Assembly: GCA_037379345.1 (NCBI GenBank)
Contig: CM074512.1
Location: 62,269,597 to 62,333,596, forward strand
Origin: Perna viridis
Lineage: Eukaryota
Length of the DNA: 64,000 nucleotides
Direction: 5' to 3'
Below the pieces are notes generated by a model. That model was given only the letters and a program-made list of their open reading frames with translations, searched no databases and had not been told where the DNA came from. The position numbers and the translations under genes are program-made. Of the stretch, positions 39,065 through 53,389 are shown piece after piece; position 1 is the first letter of the stretch, and each line of letters begins with the position of its first letter.

Positions 39065-42000
39065 ACTTCTCAAGTCATATGGTCAAAAGTTGATAAAACC
39101 CTGATGAATATGATTAACAAGACTTGCTAAGATTCGTATTATAATTTATATAGTATAATTGAATGTTCTTTAGCCAGTAGTTTGTCATATCAATATTCAT
39201 GGATATAGTTTTGGCTATTGCCCATTTGCTTTTGGACTTTGATTATCGACTCGTGCTTTGCTTTGTCCCCATGAGACTCAATAATACTTCGAATGTTTTC
39301 TCTTTTTATTTTTCTTCTCGAGGAATTCTGAGTGATCATATTTTGTCTTTAGTTTTCGTTAAGACAGTTAAACGTTTGCAGTATATAATTTTTTTTGTCG
39401 CTAATGGCATATTTACGTCCCGGAGAGATATGTTAGGATGGTCACAAATTTTACTTTCATTTTTATTGTTGACTAAAAGTAAAATTACTCAGATTTTGAC
39501 AGTTAATAAAAATTCAGTACACAAATTATGAAATTCCCAAGGAGTTTCTCATGTAATTGTTTAATTAACTTTTTTAAAACACAAATTTTTAGTTATCGTG
39601 ACAACTTTAAACAAAAACCTATCTTCGTCATACAACTACGACAGAATATGTTGATTTTAAAGATATCTCTGAAACATGATCCGCCATGCTGTCGTTTTAG
39701 ACAGATCTTTTATGATCGAAGGTCACTGATACCTTCCGAATGTCCTTGCGTGGAAGGGTTTCAGGGGTATCTAATGGTTTTCCGCTTACTTGCTTGTATA
39801 CTGACCTCCTACGAATAGCCGTCTGACTGTCGCCATGGTTAAATTTGTAATCACCGAATTTTGTGAAAAAATGTTTCGATTGCGATATGTAGATATTTAG
39901 GATAGATTTTTCTCGATGTGGCTTACACCGTCATCATGAACCGTCAATTTTTATTTCCCGTGTCACTGGGTTTGATGTTTCTATAACTTTATCAGGGAGA
40001 AATGTGGATGAAAAAATGGAAACTCCATATAATTGTCTATAAACCTGATATAAATCTTGTACCTTCTTTTGTCACGAAAACAAAACAATGTGATGATATG
40101 TAACGTTCTTAAACTGAGAAAATGACAACTCTGATGTTTCCCCCTCCCTGCCCACTGTGTGCATGGTTTAAACCACATGGCCTGTTTATATACATTTAGC
40201 TGACTCAAAGGATTCAGTATCAGTGGAAAGTGTGCTCTTTACCTATTTTTACTGTTTGATTCCTATAAATCATAAGTATTCAATACATATTTATTTGTTG
40301 TCAATTTTTAGCTTTGTCTGTATCCCCTATTACATCACGACCATCCCATAATATTTTGCGTGTAACAGTCATGATGATAAAAAAAGCTCAACAACAGAAC
40401 GTGCTAAGCATCTATCATATCGAACAAACCATTAAGCAGACTAGGCTATCATAACTAACATCTGATACAGATCTGAGCACTAACAACACTAGTTAACCAA
40501 CATAATCCTCCGCCTTATTGAACGTTCGTCCTCACAAATCAATTAATTTGTAGGTTGTCTTCTCCAAAGCCGATAATTAATAGATGATAAAACAATGATT
40601 GAAATTGACAAGGTTTGATGGTAATTACCGTGTTAGAAGAAGGATTGGAATCAATTTCAGCCTCCAATCTCCAACAATAAGGGTCTATCATTTAGATTTA
40701 ATTGTGGCCTAATTGGCTGAATAGGATGCTGGTGGGGAAATAGGGCGGATAACTCAAATTATAGCGGAATCAATTGTTCTTGTCAAGTTTCCGAGGGATG
40801 GTGATATTTCTACTGACTTGTTTAATTATAAACGACACAACAAAAAGTAATGCAATTACAGCTTTATTGAGTCAAACGTTTCATTTTTTTTTGTTAATGA
40901 CAAAATTGTAATTCTGGGAATTATAAGACCAGTTTATGAGTAAAGCACGATGATATAAGGTTTCGTATAACAGCATAAAATAAGTTGATATTTTTTTATT
41001 TAAATTGATCATGCTTGAAACGAGTGGTTTTAGGGTGTTTCCATATATTTTGGTTTTCTTAAACGTTGATACTATTTTAAAGTTTTTGTGTGATGTAAAA
41101 GGTGGGGAAAATGGGGATATTTTTTTTAACATGAGCCGTTTAATATTACATAGGGAACATATAATTATAACTCCTTTCTAAATATCACTGATTAAAGACT
41201 GTTTACAAATGTACTAGTATATGGTTTGCGGTGTTGCTAGGTGTAAGTATGAATATGGAGTACATATAATTGATCCCATCAAGTCAAACAAGCACAGTTG
41301 TAACTGGAGGAAGAACAGAAAAAAAAAACTTTTTTCCTACGTCCGCGCTTTCCGTATCATGGGAATTTAGTGAACTTCCATTGATTTACATCTTCTACAC
41401 ACGCATCTTAAGTAAACCATCTGTGATGGTACGACATACTAGAATCCTTTTGTCTGTTTGGTATATCTGGAATGTAAAAAAAATCTGTAATTTTAAGGGG
41501 AAGCATTCCATTGTTCCTCTTATCTTGTTTTAAATCAACGGACTAAAGCATGCATGATCATATTTCAAGTGTTTTTGAACATTTGACGGGTATCGGCTAT
41601 TGTTTTTAACTAGTAGGGTATTTCAAAATTACCAGAGATAGGCTTTAAATGTGGAAATCTTCATGGTGTGACGCATCATAAAGACGCCTTTGTTTTATGA
41701 CTTGACACAGGCACAAACCCGTAAACTCTAATCTCTGTTTGTACAAAATATTAATTTTCGCCACCTTTTTGTCATACTACACTTATGTTTTAAAATTCAA
41801 AGTTTGTATTGAAGTTTAATAAACCGTAATTTGTCAAACGTTTCCCCACAAGTCCCTGATGTTATCAATATTTTAAATGATGTAATTTGATTGTATTTAA
41901 ATATTCGATTCTCATCTGCAACTAAATTATGCATTTTAAGTATCAAATGTTGAGTAAGAATTCTATTACGCACTTTTTTACATAAAATGATTAATGTTCA

Positions 42001-42413
42001 GATGAATATTTACAGGCCTACTTCAAAAACACGCCAACGGGCAATAAAGGGTGCTCTCGAAAAATCTGTCGCTAACTATCCACTACCAAGCATAATATTT
42101 TCCCCAATTTTCCCCCGTATTTTAGTGTCGTTCCAACTGTTTCCATTGATTTGATATTTTACATATCTATTCTCTGCAATTGTTTTACCTGCTATTTTCA
42201 ATATTAAAGAATAATCTATCAATAGTACTTCGTTTTAAATAGACTTATGGACTCCATATACGAGAGACTTACGTCGTTTCATTCGCTCTATACTCATGCA
42301 AAATAAGTAGAATAAACTTTTGTTTACTGTTTTCTTGGTATGTGTATTTGTCGTAGTACGCAATTTCAAGATTCCAGTGTATAAATAAACAATAAATAGT
42401 TATGACAATTCAT

Positions 42414-42650
42414 GAAAGAGTAATCAAGGGAACCAAGGTTATAGTGGTAATCAAAAGAATGTAATCCAGGGACAAAGGCCCGACATGAAAAACAGACATA
42501 CACAAAAAAGAACATAAAGTAACTAAAATCATACATACAAAGTAACAAAAGCAAATGAGCAACTCGGAGTCCACTAAAAACTGGGAGCATGGACCAGATG
42601 CACCGGTAGGGTAAGCGTCCTCTGCTTTTCTAGAAACACCCGCCGAGTTG
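42414..42650 (-). mobile_element. Interspersed ~240-bp repeat, copy A (non-autonomous retroelement-like)
   Basis: Its reverse complement aligns along the whole length with 58364-58602 and 58801-59005 (core GGACGCTTACCCTACCGGTGCA.CTGGTCCATGCTCCCAGTTTTTAG). Confidence 0.85.
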
Positions 42651-44452
42651 AAAATGTCCAAATTGATTTCAACATGAAGACAAAATGTAGATAGTAGTGT
42701 ATATTTAAATGTCAAGGTGCATATCTTGAACTACCAAATTTTTCTGCGCTGTTCTTACTTTTTTTTAGTTTCGTTTCTCTTGTGACTTTTGGTTCCATTT
42801 CCGGGTGTCGGGTACATTGTATTTACCCTCATTTATATGAGAAGAATGTAACAAGTTTACTAGGTATTCACTCCGTCAGGTAAATGTTCATGATGCACAA
42901 TAAAAGAAAATAACATGACTGTAACCTAATCATGCAAAGAGAGCTATAATAGCTAATGTGAAACGTTATTGTCATGTTACGTTTGTAGCTAATGGTCTCT
43001 TGATAGTTTGTTTACAATTAGCGCTATCTCTTGTGTATAAAATGGCGGAACGACTCGGGATCGAACTCTTGAATATACCCTTTTATGTTTTTATAGATAT
43101 ACATCATTTTCAATGATGAATAGGTTGAAAATCTGATATCTAATAGGGAATAAAGAAGAAAGTACTCGATAGTGACGGTTTGTGTATCAACCTGAGCCGT
43201 TCTTCAAACATGTCGCTATTATGTTTGTTTGTTCAATTCAAAAACTAGTAAGGCATTAGCGATTACTGCAACAATGCTCTATAAAACAGATCGACAGATA
43301 AGCAAATGAAAAGAGTAATGGTGTTATACGCTATTTGATCGGGTATTTTAAAACGAACAAATTTGTTGACCTTAAATCATTTAACGACTACCGTAAGTGG
43401 GTATTGTCATTTCCCAGCAATCAATGCAAAACTTACTTCCGGTAATCTATCAAAGGGTTCCAAGACGGTTTTGGTGAGGTCTAACTTGGAAAAATGGCAA
43501 TTGATCTGGAATGAAAGTAATTCTGGTAGAAATATAAGCGGCATATTTGTCATTAAAGTATATTGCTGCGGTCAGGAATATCATACATCAACGAAACAGT
43601 TTTGTTTGCCATAAAAGCGTGTCTAGCTAGTAGCCACACTTCAATGCAATTATACTAATTGTATTTAATAGGTAAAGTGACAAATGAATGGGATCCTTTG
43701 CTGGTTGTACAATACAATACCATAACGTTTTACGATTTGTCATTAATCAGCAGCCTGATTAATGGAACTGGAAAGGATTTTGCTCCAAAATTGGCATAAT
43801 TGAGATGAGTAGGGGCCTAAGATGTCGTATAAAATTTTGAAAATGCTAGTAAAGAATATTTATTGTTCATGATTGATGAGGTGGTTCATGTTTGTTCCAT
43901 TTTTCTGCTGGTGGCAGGGGCAACACACTATAAATAGGAGCTGTGTTATAGTTGAAACTTGCCTTTTATGGAATGTTGAAGTTTAAATATTTCCCAGAGC
44001 ATAGTTATTTGGTAAGCTAATCGGGGTGATGACTTCCTTTTAGCATAGTTTCTAATTTTGTTTGGGTATTTTTGTTGAAAATGAGGAAAATGTTGCACAA
44101 CTAACATAAAGCTTTTTATGCGATTTCATTGTGTTCATCTAGAATTTGTTACAAGTGAGGGCCTAGTTTTTCTTTCGTTTTCCGCATGTTTTTTTTTAAT
44201 TCTTAAATTGATATTGCAATGGTGTATTCAAAGTTTTTACTTAATTTCCTTTATTTTGATGTTTATAATACTTGAATGTAATTTTTGTTGTATTTTCTCC
44301 GTTACATATTCATATATTTTCAGGGAGGGACAATGCGTCGTGTTTATTATTTACTGTATAATTTTAAAAAAGGTGACTATGTATATAGAAATGTTTTTGT
44401 TTTATCTTTAGATTGGCATTGGGTTATCCAAGCAATTATCCACGGGTCTATA

Positions 44453-44540
44453 GTGACTGAAACTATACAGCCAAAACATGGACATCTTAGCTGAGACTAT
44501 ACAGCCAAGACATGGACATCTGAGACTATACAGCCAACTT
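44453..44540. repeat. Short tandem repeat, ~29-33 bp, ~2.6 units
   Basis: CTGA(A/G)ACTATACAGCCAA(A/G)ACATGGACAT repeated. Confidence 0.85.
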
Positions 44541-44627
44541 AACTATTCTAGAGCTTATTTTTGTGGTGTAGAAATCATGACCCAGCCTATCCAGAAGACA
44601 CGACTATGACAATGATATAGCCAATGT

Positions 44628-44799
44628 AGAAGATGTCAAACCACATAACTATAGAAAATCCAGAAGATGTCAAACAGCATAACTATAGAAAATCCAGAAG
44701 ATGTCAAACAGCATAACTATAGAAAATCCAGAAGATGTCAAACCACATAACTATGGAAAATCCAGAAGAAAAATCAAACGACATAACTATGGCAAATCC
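44628..44799. repeat. 34-bp minisatellite, 5 units
   Basis: AGAAGATGTCAAAC(C/A)(A/G)CATAACTATAGAAAATCC starts at 44628, 44662, 44696, 44730 and 44764. Confidence 0.93.
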
Positions 44800-44970
44800 A
44801 CTATGACAATCTTGTAAGTACATGCACGTCAGTCTCCTAAAAAATTCCTTAAAATCAGACAAATATGCATAAGGTTCGTTAAAAGTTATTCAATCTGATT
44901 CAACACATATTATATTTAAGAAAAAAAGTCCACGAAACCTTTTTTTCAAAATCATTTATGTGTTACCATT

Positions 44971-45099
44971 CAGGGACGGATCCAGAGATTTTGGAGGAGC
45001 ATCCATGCTATTATTCTTCTATTTTTTGCAAAATTTTGCAAAAATTAACAACATATTAAAGGGGGGTCCGACCACCGAAACCTCCTAGATTCGCCTTTG
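44971..45099 (+). mobile_element. GGATCC-TIR family, shorter diverged copy 3
   Basis: CAGGGACGGATCCAGAGATTTTG ... CCTAGATTCGCCTTTG. No TSD retained. Confidence 0.65.
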
Positions 45100-47324
45100 C
45101 TTTGTATCATAATGTCTTGTCAAGATAATGTTGAGATGGGAAATAACTTTAAGTCATATTTCCAGTTTACTATTAAAACTTTATGTTTTATCAACATATA
45201 AAAATGAAGTAATTTAAAATATAGTATACGTAAAAATGGCTCAGTATTCAGAGTGTGTAAAGTAATGTATGAGTAACCATGCAGGTCTGAAATCGACTAC
45301 AACTTTATCATGCCGAAGACTTAAAATTTGAAAGGCATTAACTATGCATCTTAATGTTTTCTTTAATTAAATATTCATTTGAAATAGCAGGAAGTTTTCA
45401 AAAGGGATTGTCAGATACATTTGTTTCAAATACGATGGCGTGTAAAATTTGTAATCGGTTTAATATTAAGAATTGAGATAGAAAAAATAGGTCAAGATTT
45501 GCCTAGATTTACACAATGGTGACAGATATAGCAGAAAATGAAAACATGGTTAAGTATAAGCAAAAGAAAAAAAATACAGTGAGTGTATAATCTTTAATAA
45601 ACATTAACATACACACAAAATAAAAAAAAAATTCTCACAAAATGGATCAAAATGAATACTGGGATAAATGCAAAAACCGACTAACTCGAATATCATCACA
45701 TAAGTTATCCTTCCTAGAAAATTTCCACTATAATATGTGAGTGTTACTCTCAGCATAAGAAAAAAAAATATGTCTATGAAATAAAGAAAACAATCTCTAC
45801 TCGGATTTAGACCAAACGCTGTTAATATTTCAGGACTTAAGTTCATTAATATTTGACACTTCAAAGTCTCTTCCAAGGCTGTCACATTTTTTTTTCGGTT
45901 TCATTGAGGCTTGCAGTTAATTACATATCATAACTAAATAAGTAAGCTACATGTACCAGACATTTTTGATATATTTATTAACATGCATTGTGATAGAACA
46001 CAAGGGAACTTGCCAATTAAGCTATTTTTACATTTTCCTGTCACAATATTGCAGAGTGCCATTAAAACTGCATTCACCTTTTCAGGGTTCAATATTCGTA
46101 TTGAGGACTACAAAAAATGATTATAGCGTTTCTACAATTTAATTTCCCAATTTAATAACCCATACATTTATTTTCAGGGTCTTATTCTTCTGTGGTGAAG
46201 TGTTGAAGAAATATGAAGTTCGGCTATTGTTCCAGAGATTTTCCGGGTACATTAATATGAAACCGAGGTCAAAGGATCATCCGAATGGATTTTTCTCAGG
46301 AGCTCGATTAATCATGCGTGGGGAGGTCAAGAACTAGGTCAAGGGAAAAGGGCACATTGAGACATTTTACAGTTGGACATTTTATTTTATTTCCAATTAG
46401 TGACCGCAGCAGTATTTGTGTCAACCCCGTAGCAGTGTTGACATGTCCTATCGCAGGTGTGCAATTTTCATTAGTTGTTTTACGGACGAATCTAATTGTG
46501 AATTGTTTATAGCGCTAAAACTGAGAAGTAACAAACAATAATAATAAATACAAGCAGGAAATATTGGATTACTAAAAATCCCTCATTTTTCACAAGTTTT
46601 ACATGTACAGTTACCTAAACAGAACACTACAGGAGTAAAAGTATTCTATTTTTTGGAACTTCATTATGTTCATGTAGACCAGAATCAAGCAGATAAAATA
46701 CAAAAAAAAAAATAGATACATAAAAAGTTCAATAAAAGAATATGATCCAATATTCACAACGCTTGTGTTATATATATAAAGTTATCAGAAGTCAGCCCAA
46801 TAAAATACATGGAAGTGTCCATCAAACTTTTTCTAATGTCATTTCCAAGTTTTCTCTGATAAAATGAATAAATATATATATATATCGTTTTGGCTTCTCA
46901 CGGGAACTGAAGGATTTGCTCGTCCAGACTTTTTGCTTGGTCGCTAACACTTTCTCCTGTTTGAGATAAATCTTGGTTGCTAGTCATCGGAGTGTTTATT
47001 TTCATAGTATTTACTGTTATTGGTTAAAGTTATCGAAAAACCCGGTGATAAATTTTGATAATGCCCCCACAACGATAATATATGTTTTTGCAAAGATAAA
47101 ATAAGCTATTAATTGTCGTGACATACGAATTATTTAGTTCATAAGCCAAGAGGAATGAACATAAATCAGAAAAGTCAAGACCCACTCCCTTGAGCCGAGT
47201 ACCATGGACCCGACAAGCATCCAAAATAAACCTTTTGATGTTAAGGTGATGGTTTATGATCTTATTAGGAATTCTCTTAGCAAAAACGATCCCCATTAAG
47301 CGGGTTTAATACTTGTTTGTTCTC

Positions 47325-47423
47325 ATATCCTTGTTCTTCAAGGGAATATTAGCCCCATTAAATGGTTTTGTTGGCATTTCTACGCATTTGCACCCATAGC
47401 CTTGTTCTTCAAGGGAATATTAG
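47325..47423. repeat. Direct repeat ~71 bp apart
   Basis: CATA(T/G)CCTTGTTCTTCAAGGGAATATTAG occurs twice. Confidence 0.8.
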
Positions 47424-49374
47424 GAAGCACCATAAACTGTTGAAACCAATGACACATCTAGAATGGATTCTCATACTCAAGCTACATGCATAACAGAATT
47501 GCAGTTTTGTCGTTTGAAATAAAAAAAGTTTAAAATTGCATTTTTCTGCTTATTTCAATTGAGTGACACCTATAGAAGCTAGATTAAATTGGTTTAAGTA
47601 GTCAGCCGCACTGATTTCTATTGTATTAACTTATTTTTTATGAAGGAAAAATTGCACGAAAAACAGACTTGAATGTTTGGTTTACATTTGTATGACGTAT
47701 TATTAGTAAATATTTAAAAAAAAATATCAAACCAGAACTCTAACAGAAAAAAAAATGGTTTGGTTGATGTAACAGCATATAGGGTTCCAAAATATTTCCC
47801 TATCAAAGGTTATTTTCTATGACAATATACTGAGTCTGCTTTTCGCACGTATTTTTTATACATTACAAAACACCTTATAAAAACTCTTATTTCTAAATTC
47901 AGTAAATTTACTTTTGTGTTAATTATTCTGAGGTCAGCACACACAAGTCTGAGAAATTATTCCGGTTTCTAGGCTTTTTACTCATTTGCTAATGGACCTT
48001 AAGAAATACACGGATTTTTTCTTAAAAGCTTTCTCTCGCTCAAACATGATTAAGTTTTCAACACAAATATTCAGCAAAGCCGCTCTAATGCAATTCAAAT
48101 CCTGGCCTTATTAACGGAATAAGTATAACTCATTAACGGTATATAATACAGGATTTTACTCTTGTATAAAAGGGATTTCGAATTAAGAACGTTGTAGTAG
48201 TCAGTTTTTATGCAGATTAAGGTGCGTTCGGGAAAGATAATGCTGAACATCTTACCCAGACCGCTTCCTGACTTAGCCCAAGTTTTACGGATATATGAAA
48301 GTGACACTCGTTCAATTTTATGGAAATATATGCATTTTTAATGAGGGGCTACGGAAAAAGAAAAATCTGCACCTGTTAGAAATGAAATTAATGTATTAAA
48401 AAGTAAATAACTCCGAGTGTATTTGTTTTGGAAGACAAACTATGCAACACAATTTTATAAAAAAAAACCCTTATAAATACCGATTTAATTCTTTGCTATG
48501 CATTCATTTGAAGCGTAGAAATATCTTGAGTAGTAAAAATATGCCATTTTATTGCTTCTTACATTGAGGTTTATATCAAAATTTTGACAGAATGCATTTT
48601 AAGACTTGAATTAAGAGTAATACGCACTGAACATGCTGACATGAAGATCGTCATATTTTAATGACTGCCGATCCGTACCCAAGTAGTGCTCAGAGTGGTT
48701 TCACATTCCAGAATGAAATTGTGTCCATTAGCGGACGGAAATGATATAATACGGAGTGATTGGAAAGTGTAAGAATAACAGCAAAGGTATGCATGCAGCT
48801 GAGGTATTATGACAAAGCCGTCTCATTTATCGCTTGTTTCAACACTCAAATCGGAAATACTAACGCCTCATTCTGGAACGTAACCGTAACTAATTCTCTT
48901 AACACTGCCCTCAGGCGGAAAAAAAATAATCGGTTTTAGACTGAGAATTTTGACCTCACTTGAAAAATAGCCCAAAGGTCAACCTTTTAATGTCTTATTT
49001 ACCAAATTTATAGATCGTGAAATTTATATTGTTTTCCTCCAAGTCAATTTTACCGCTTGTATAGTTGAATTTAGGATAAGTAATTTACCATTTCAATTAA
49101 AGTTTGTTCTGAACAAAAATCATTTATGTAACAAGTCATTACTATACCATTAAATCGAACAATTTTATTTGTTTTAAGTGTAAAAAATGCAATAAATGGA
49201 CACACTAATATCTTGGAGCACAATTGAAATGTGTTTAGTTATTATAACTTACTATCTCTCTTATATTCAGAAATTTTAAAAGTAGTTTTCATTATTATGT
49301 CTGCATATTTTGTCCTTAAGGAGATTTTGCATACTTTCGGATTTACCGTGCAGCGTTTTTGTTTTAAATGCTTC

Positions 49375-49553
49375 ACAACCAAGTCATGAGACTGTCGCTG
49401 TATCTGTGTATAATGTTGTTTTGGGTCCAGCTTCGGCCTCCTCAGTGGTGTGAGGGTTTCTTCGTCGTTCATTGAAGACTTATTTGTGTCTTTTCATCCC
49501 GGTAGGGTTGTGGCCTCTTTGACATAATCCCCATATCCATTTCTCTTTATATT
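49375..49553 (+). mobile_element. Old SINE-like interspersed repeat remnant
   Basis: Shares the ordered motifs CCAAG(T/C)CA.GA, CATTGAAGAC and a terminal C-rich/TTTATAT segment with 55020-55303. Resembles abundant bivalve repeats (recall only). Confidence 0.5.
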
Positions 49554-50961
49554 AATTGCACTACAATTGCAAGAATGTTTAGCGGATGAAATTAAGATAG
49601 TACAATAAAACTAAAATATCGAAAGAAGCAAAAAAATAAGACTAAACACTATTTCGTAACCAAATGTCTTCCATATAAAGCCCGATACATTTCAAGGAAA
49701 CATTAAGGATACATTAAGATTCGTGCACCGTTCAATAGTAATGACCAAGATATAATGTTAGTGATGGGACTCCGTGGGTTAGAATAGAACGTTAAGCAAG
49801 GGTGGATATACGATTACAGGGAAGGGGTAAAAAGAATTGAAGACCGAGCGAAGCGAGCTATGACAATTATTGGGGTTGAATTTGTAAAAAAAAAGGATTT
49901 CAATTAAAAAAAAAATGTTAATGTTTTCCCATTTGTATTGGTGATGGGGGGAGGGGAGGGGGCTGACGTATGAAAACGAGCCTAGTAAAGGTAAATCAAG
50001 GGACGAGATTCCGTGAGCACGACATTCAAATCCCAAATCATGAAATCATGTGAAAGTCACCTGAAAATAGTTTGCATGTGTAAGATTTATAAATATTTAA
50101 TACTTGTCACTGAAACATCACCATACCGCAAACGCAACAGAATCTTGAATTTCGAGACAAAATATCAAGAACTTTGTAAGTTTTTTATCGTAATGTTCCT
50201 ATTAAAATTTTGTCCTGTAACAAACAGCGTTTGGAAAAATTAATTCCGCTTTAATGAAAATTGAAGAGAGTGAAATAATTGACAAGGATAGATCGAAAGG
50301 AAATACAGTCTGTTGAAAAAAAACTTAATTCTTTTTTAGAATTTTGATCAGGTATTCTAAAGTTATTGACTAAAATCCGTTTCTGTCAAATAAATAATTA
50401 AAGGGAAATAACCTGAGTTTAAATTTTAATTAAATTTAAATGAAATGAAAATCTCCGTCAATAAAATGTAATACATTTTGAATAAGAAGCTGTTTATTAA
50501 TTAACACGTAACTAATATATCCAAATCTCGAATTTTATTTCGACTCATTACATCTCATTTGAGTCAATAAAAAGAATTTAATTCGGTTTTATTATTGGAT
50601 GTTTTGACGTTCAGTAAATGAAACACAATTGCCAAACGATGCCAAAACATTGAAAATTCAATGACAATTTTTCAATCCCCGGTTTTGGCGTCGAAGTCCA
50701 TAGATTATTCCATCTGCCCGACCTTGTATAGCTTGATATCGTAAAAGGATGAAGTCGGATTACTTTCAAAAGAAATATACAAGCAAAGGACGCACTTCTG
50801 CTTCATTAGGTAATATATATAAGATACTCGAACGCTGATTTCCGACCGTGAAAGTCAAACCGCGGTGATTGAGTGCAGAAAACAATACACTTTGGAATGC
50901 AGCCGGTCTGTTTGTTATAGGATCGGTATCCTCAGTTTCAGAACTGAAAGAAGCTACCAAT

Positions 50962-50962
<1 letters not shown>

Positions 50963-50992
<30 letters not shown>
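50963..50992. repeat. Poly(A) run, 30 nt
   Basis: Read directly from the sequence. Confidence 0.95.
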
Positions 50993-50994
<2 letters not shown>

Positions 50995-53389
50995 CCCTGC
51001 AGTGTACAAACTATATTTTAAAAGAGTAAGATTTATATATACTCATTACTTGCACCCAAAAGCAGTTGTTTTGCGTATATAAAAAGAAAGTATTGTGACG
51101 ATGTTAATATTTTCACTATATAAACGCTAAACGATTGCTGAGACTGTATACACAAAACCAAGTTGTTTCTGTAAAAGGTAATTACGAGAGGCTAGTAGAA
51201 GAAATTGTGTTTATAGAAGCAATATAGAACATAAGAATGGAAAACAAAAACAAGAAATAACACTTATTCATCCCCCTCTCTTTACAAACAAAATTCTCTG
51301 CAAGCTGGAAAGATATTTATTAGTCGTTTGTCGGTGCAACATTTGACTACATGGATATTTCACGAAGCAATCTCAGCAGACCTCCAGACCATTGCTTGCT
51401 GTTTTAGCAGAAATTACACAACAACTCGTCACCTTCCGGGTTCAAAACACAGCTACGTTGAGAAAGTTCTACGCTAAAAAGTCTCATTTTGTATTCAATT
51501 TCGATACCATATTAAATCACCCAACAGCGAAACCAATCAATGATAAATGCTAGGTACAAAAGTATTGATGCCGGAAATAAACTTGGCAGGACATTCGGAA
51601 ACACCTCGGTGACCATCGAACACATCAATAGGTCAGTCGTCTGCTAGATACAGTGTTGAAGTGGATCGATGTTAATTTTACAATTGAAAATTAATTGCAG
51701 CTATGAACATTAACAAACTAAACAAAGACGTCCATGTTAAGGACATTGGTACCTAAACGATTTAACAGTCGGAATTACAAAATGTGCATTCAAGACCTGA
51801 ATTGAAGGATTTCTTATTAAGATCTAAAAGTATTAATGACGCTCACCAGTTTCCTTGTTGATTTACCCACAACCGTGATCTAGGCTTGATTCGAATACTT
51901 ACAATCTACAGGTTTAACAAACCATCCATCATCTATCCCTTTGATCTGAGAAATAGCACATCATTTTTATTGTCCTTTTGAATTAAAAAAAAAGACCCCA
52001 GCATTGTGAGATGCATGATGGCCGATCCACCGAAATTAGGTGCACGATTTCCCTGAACTATTTGCTATTTTGTGTTTAGATCATACGGTGATACATAACC
52101 ATACCCGTTTCCTTTTCTTTTACTACAGTACTTTGGTTAATCTTTTTTTTTTTTTTATACCGTTACATGTACTATTGTCAACTCTACGCCTTTCTTGACC
52201 AAAACAATTCAGTCTTCAATGGAGAGACGGTTCTAACCTTTTTGGCTCTTTATTTCATCAAAAATAATTTATGTTTTACGAAGATCTATTCATTGTTCAA
52301 TTGACTTCATAAAAAAAAATAACATGGACGAAGAAAACACACGGAGTTACAGATTTTTACTTCAGTTGTTTACCAAGAATGGGTCTGTGTCTTGTCTTAA
52401 GCCCATATAGTAGTTTTCAAGAATTTTTAAACTATAAACATCATTATATTTATCTGTTTCTCATGACCCCCTTTTCCACGTACTCACGAGTGAATGGCAA
52501 ATACTAAAACATAGCTTGCAATGTTCCCTAAAATCGGCATGAAATGAAAGCCATCGCTCTAGATACAAGCGCAATTTTTACTTTTGCGTGTCTTATTCGT
52601 ACCGTTGTTTCTTTCATAGATGTTAAGCTACTATTCCCCCTGTTTAGATATAAAGATCTTAAAAGAGCATTGTATTTTCTTTGCAAATGGGAATTGAGTA
52701 TCAGAATGTTAGCAAATTAATCACTTTCCTTGCTACTCTTTTTATCTCACAATGCTATCCATCTTAACTACAAGCAAAGCTGACAATAGAAGTTATGAAT
52801 TTTCAAACAGTGCCATTGCACGACGAGATCGTGTCTTTGGCATTAATTTGTGTTGTCCTATTGTGGTTCCGCGGTAAATTAACTAAAAGTTGGCATTTTT
52901 GATGTATCTACTCGGAAAAAAATTGTTTTGAGCATAAGAATGAGCAGTAATCCCTTTTATCAGGTAAAATTATAATTCCTGATGTTCATTAGTATTCGTG
53001 CTATTAATTGAAATCCTAAAATGAGTAGGGTAGACAAAAGACCCGTAGAAATGAATTTAACACCTTTATTATATTTCTATAAAATGCCACACGCAACCCC
53101 TTTCTTCACGTACCGAATGGCCTTTTGTATTTCTTAGGGGCGACTGAATGGCGAATTGAAATTCGTTGCGATCAAATTATAACGTAGTGAAATAATGAAC
53201 TGTTTCCGTCTCAAAACAGAACATAATCGTCAAAACTGAGATATATCTTGTAGATAAAACAAAATTATAACTGATGTTATTGTATTTCACACACAGATAA
53301 AGATTTTGAAATGTTCAAAATTGACACACCTGAATTTGAGGATTTCCGCTTATTCCGATATAGATCGATTGGTTTTGGTGTTTTAATGC

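Noticed and set aside
42366-42715. ORFs at 42366-42715 and 58617-59292
   Set aside because: They overlap copies of the same interspersed repeat, and their frames are not preserved between copies.
43040-43080. Minus-strand GAGTTCGATCCC...CCGCCA resembling a tRNA 3' half
   Set aside because: The T-stem does not pair, and there is no A-box or acceptor partner.
50690-50992. Processed retrocopy ending in the A30 run
   Set aside because: No polyadenylation signal just upstream, no TSD and no recognisable ORF.
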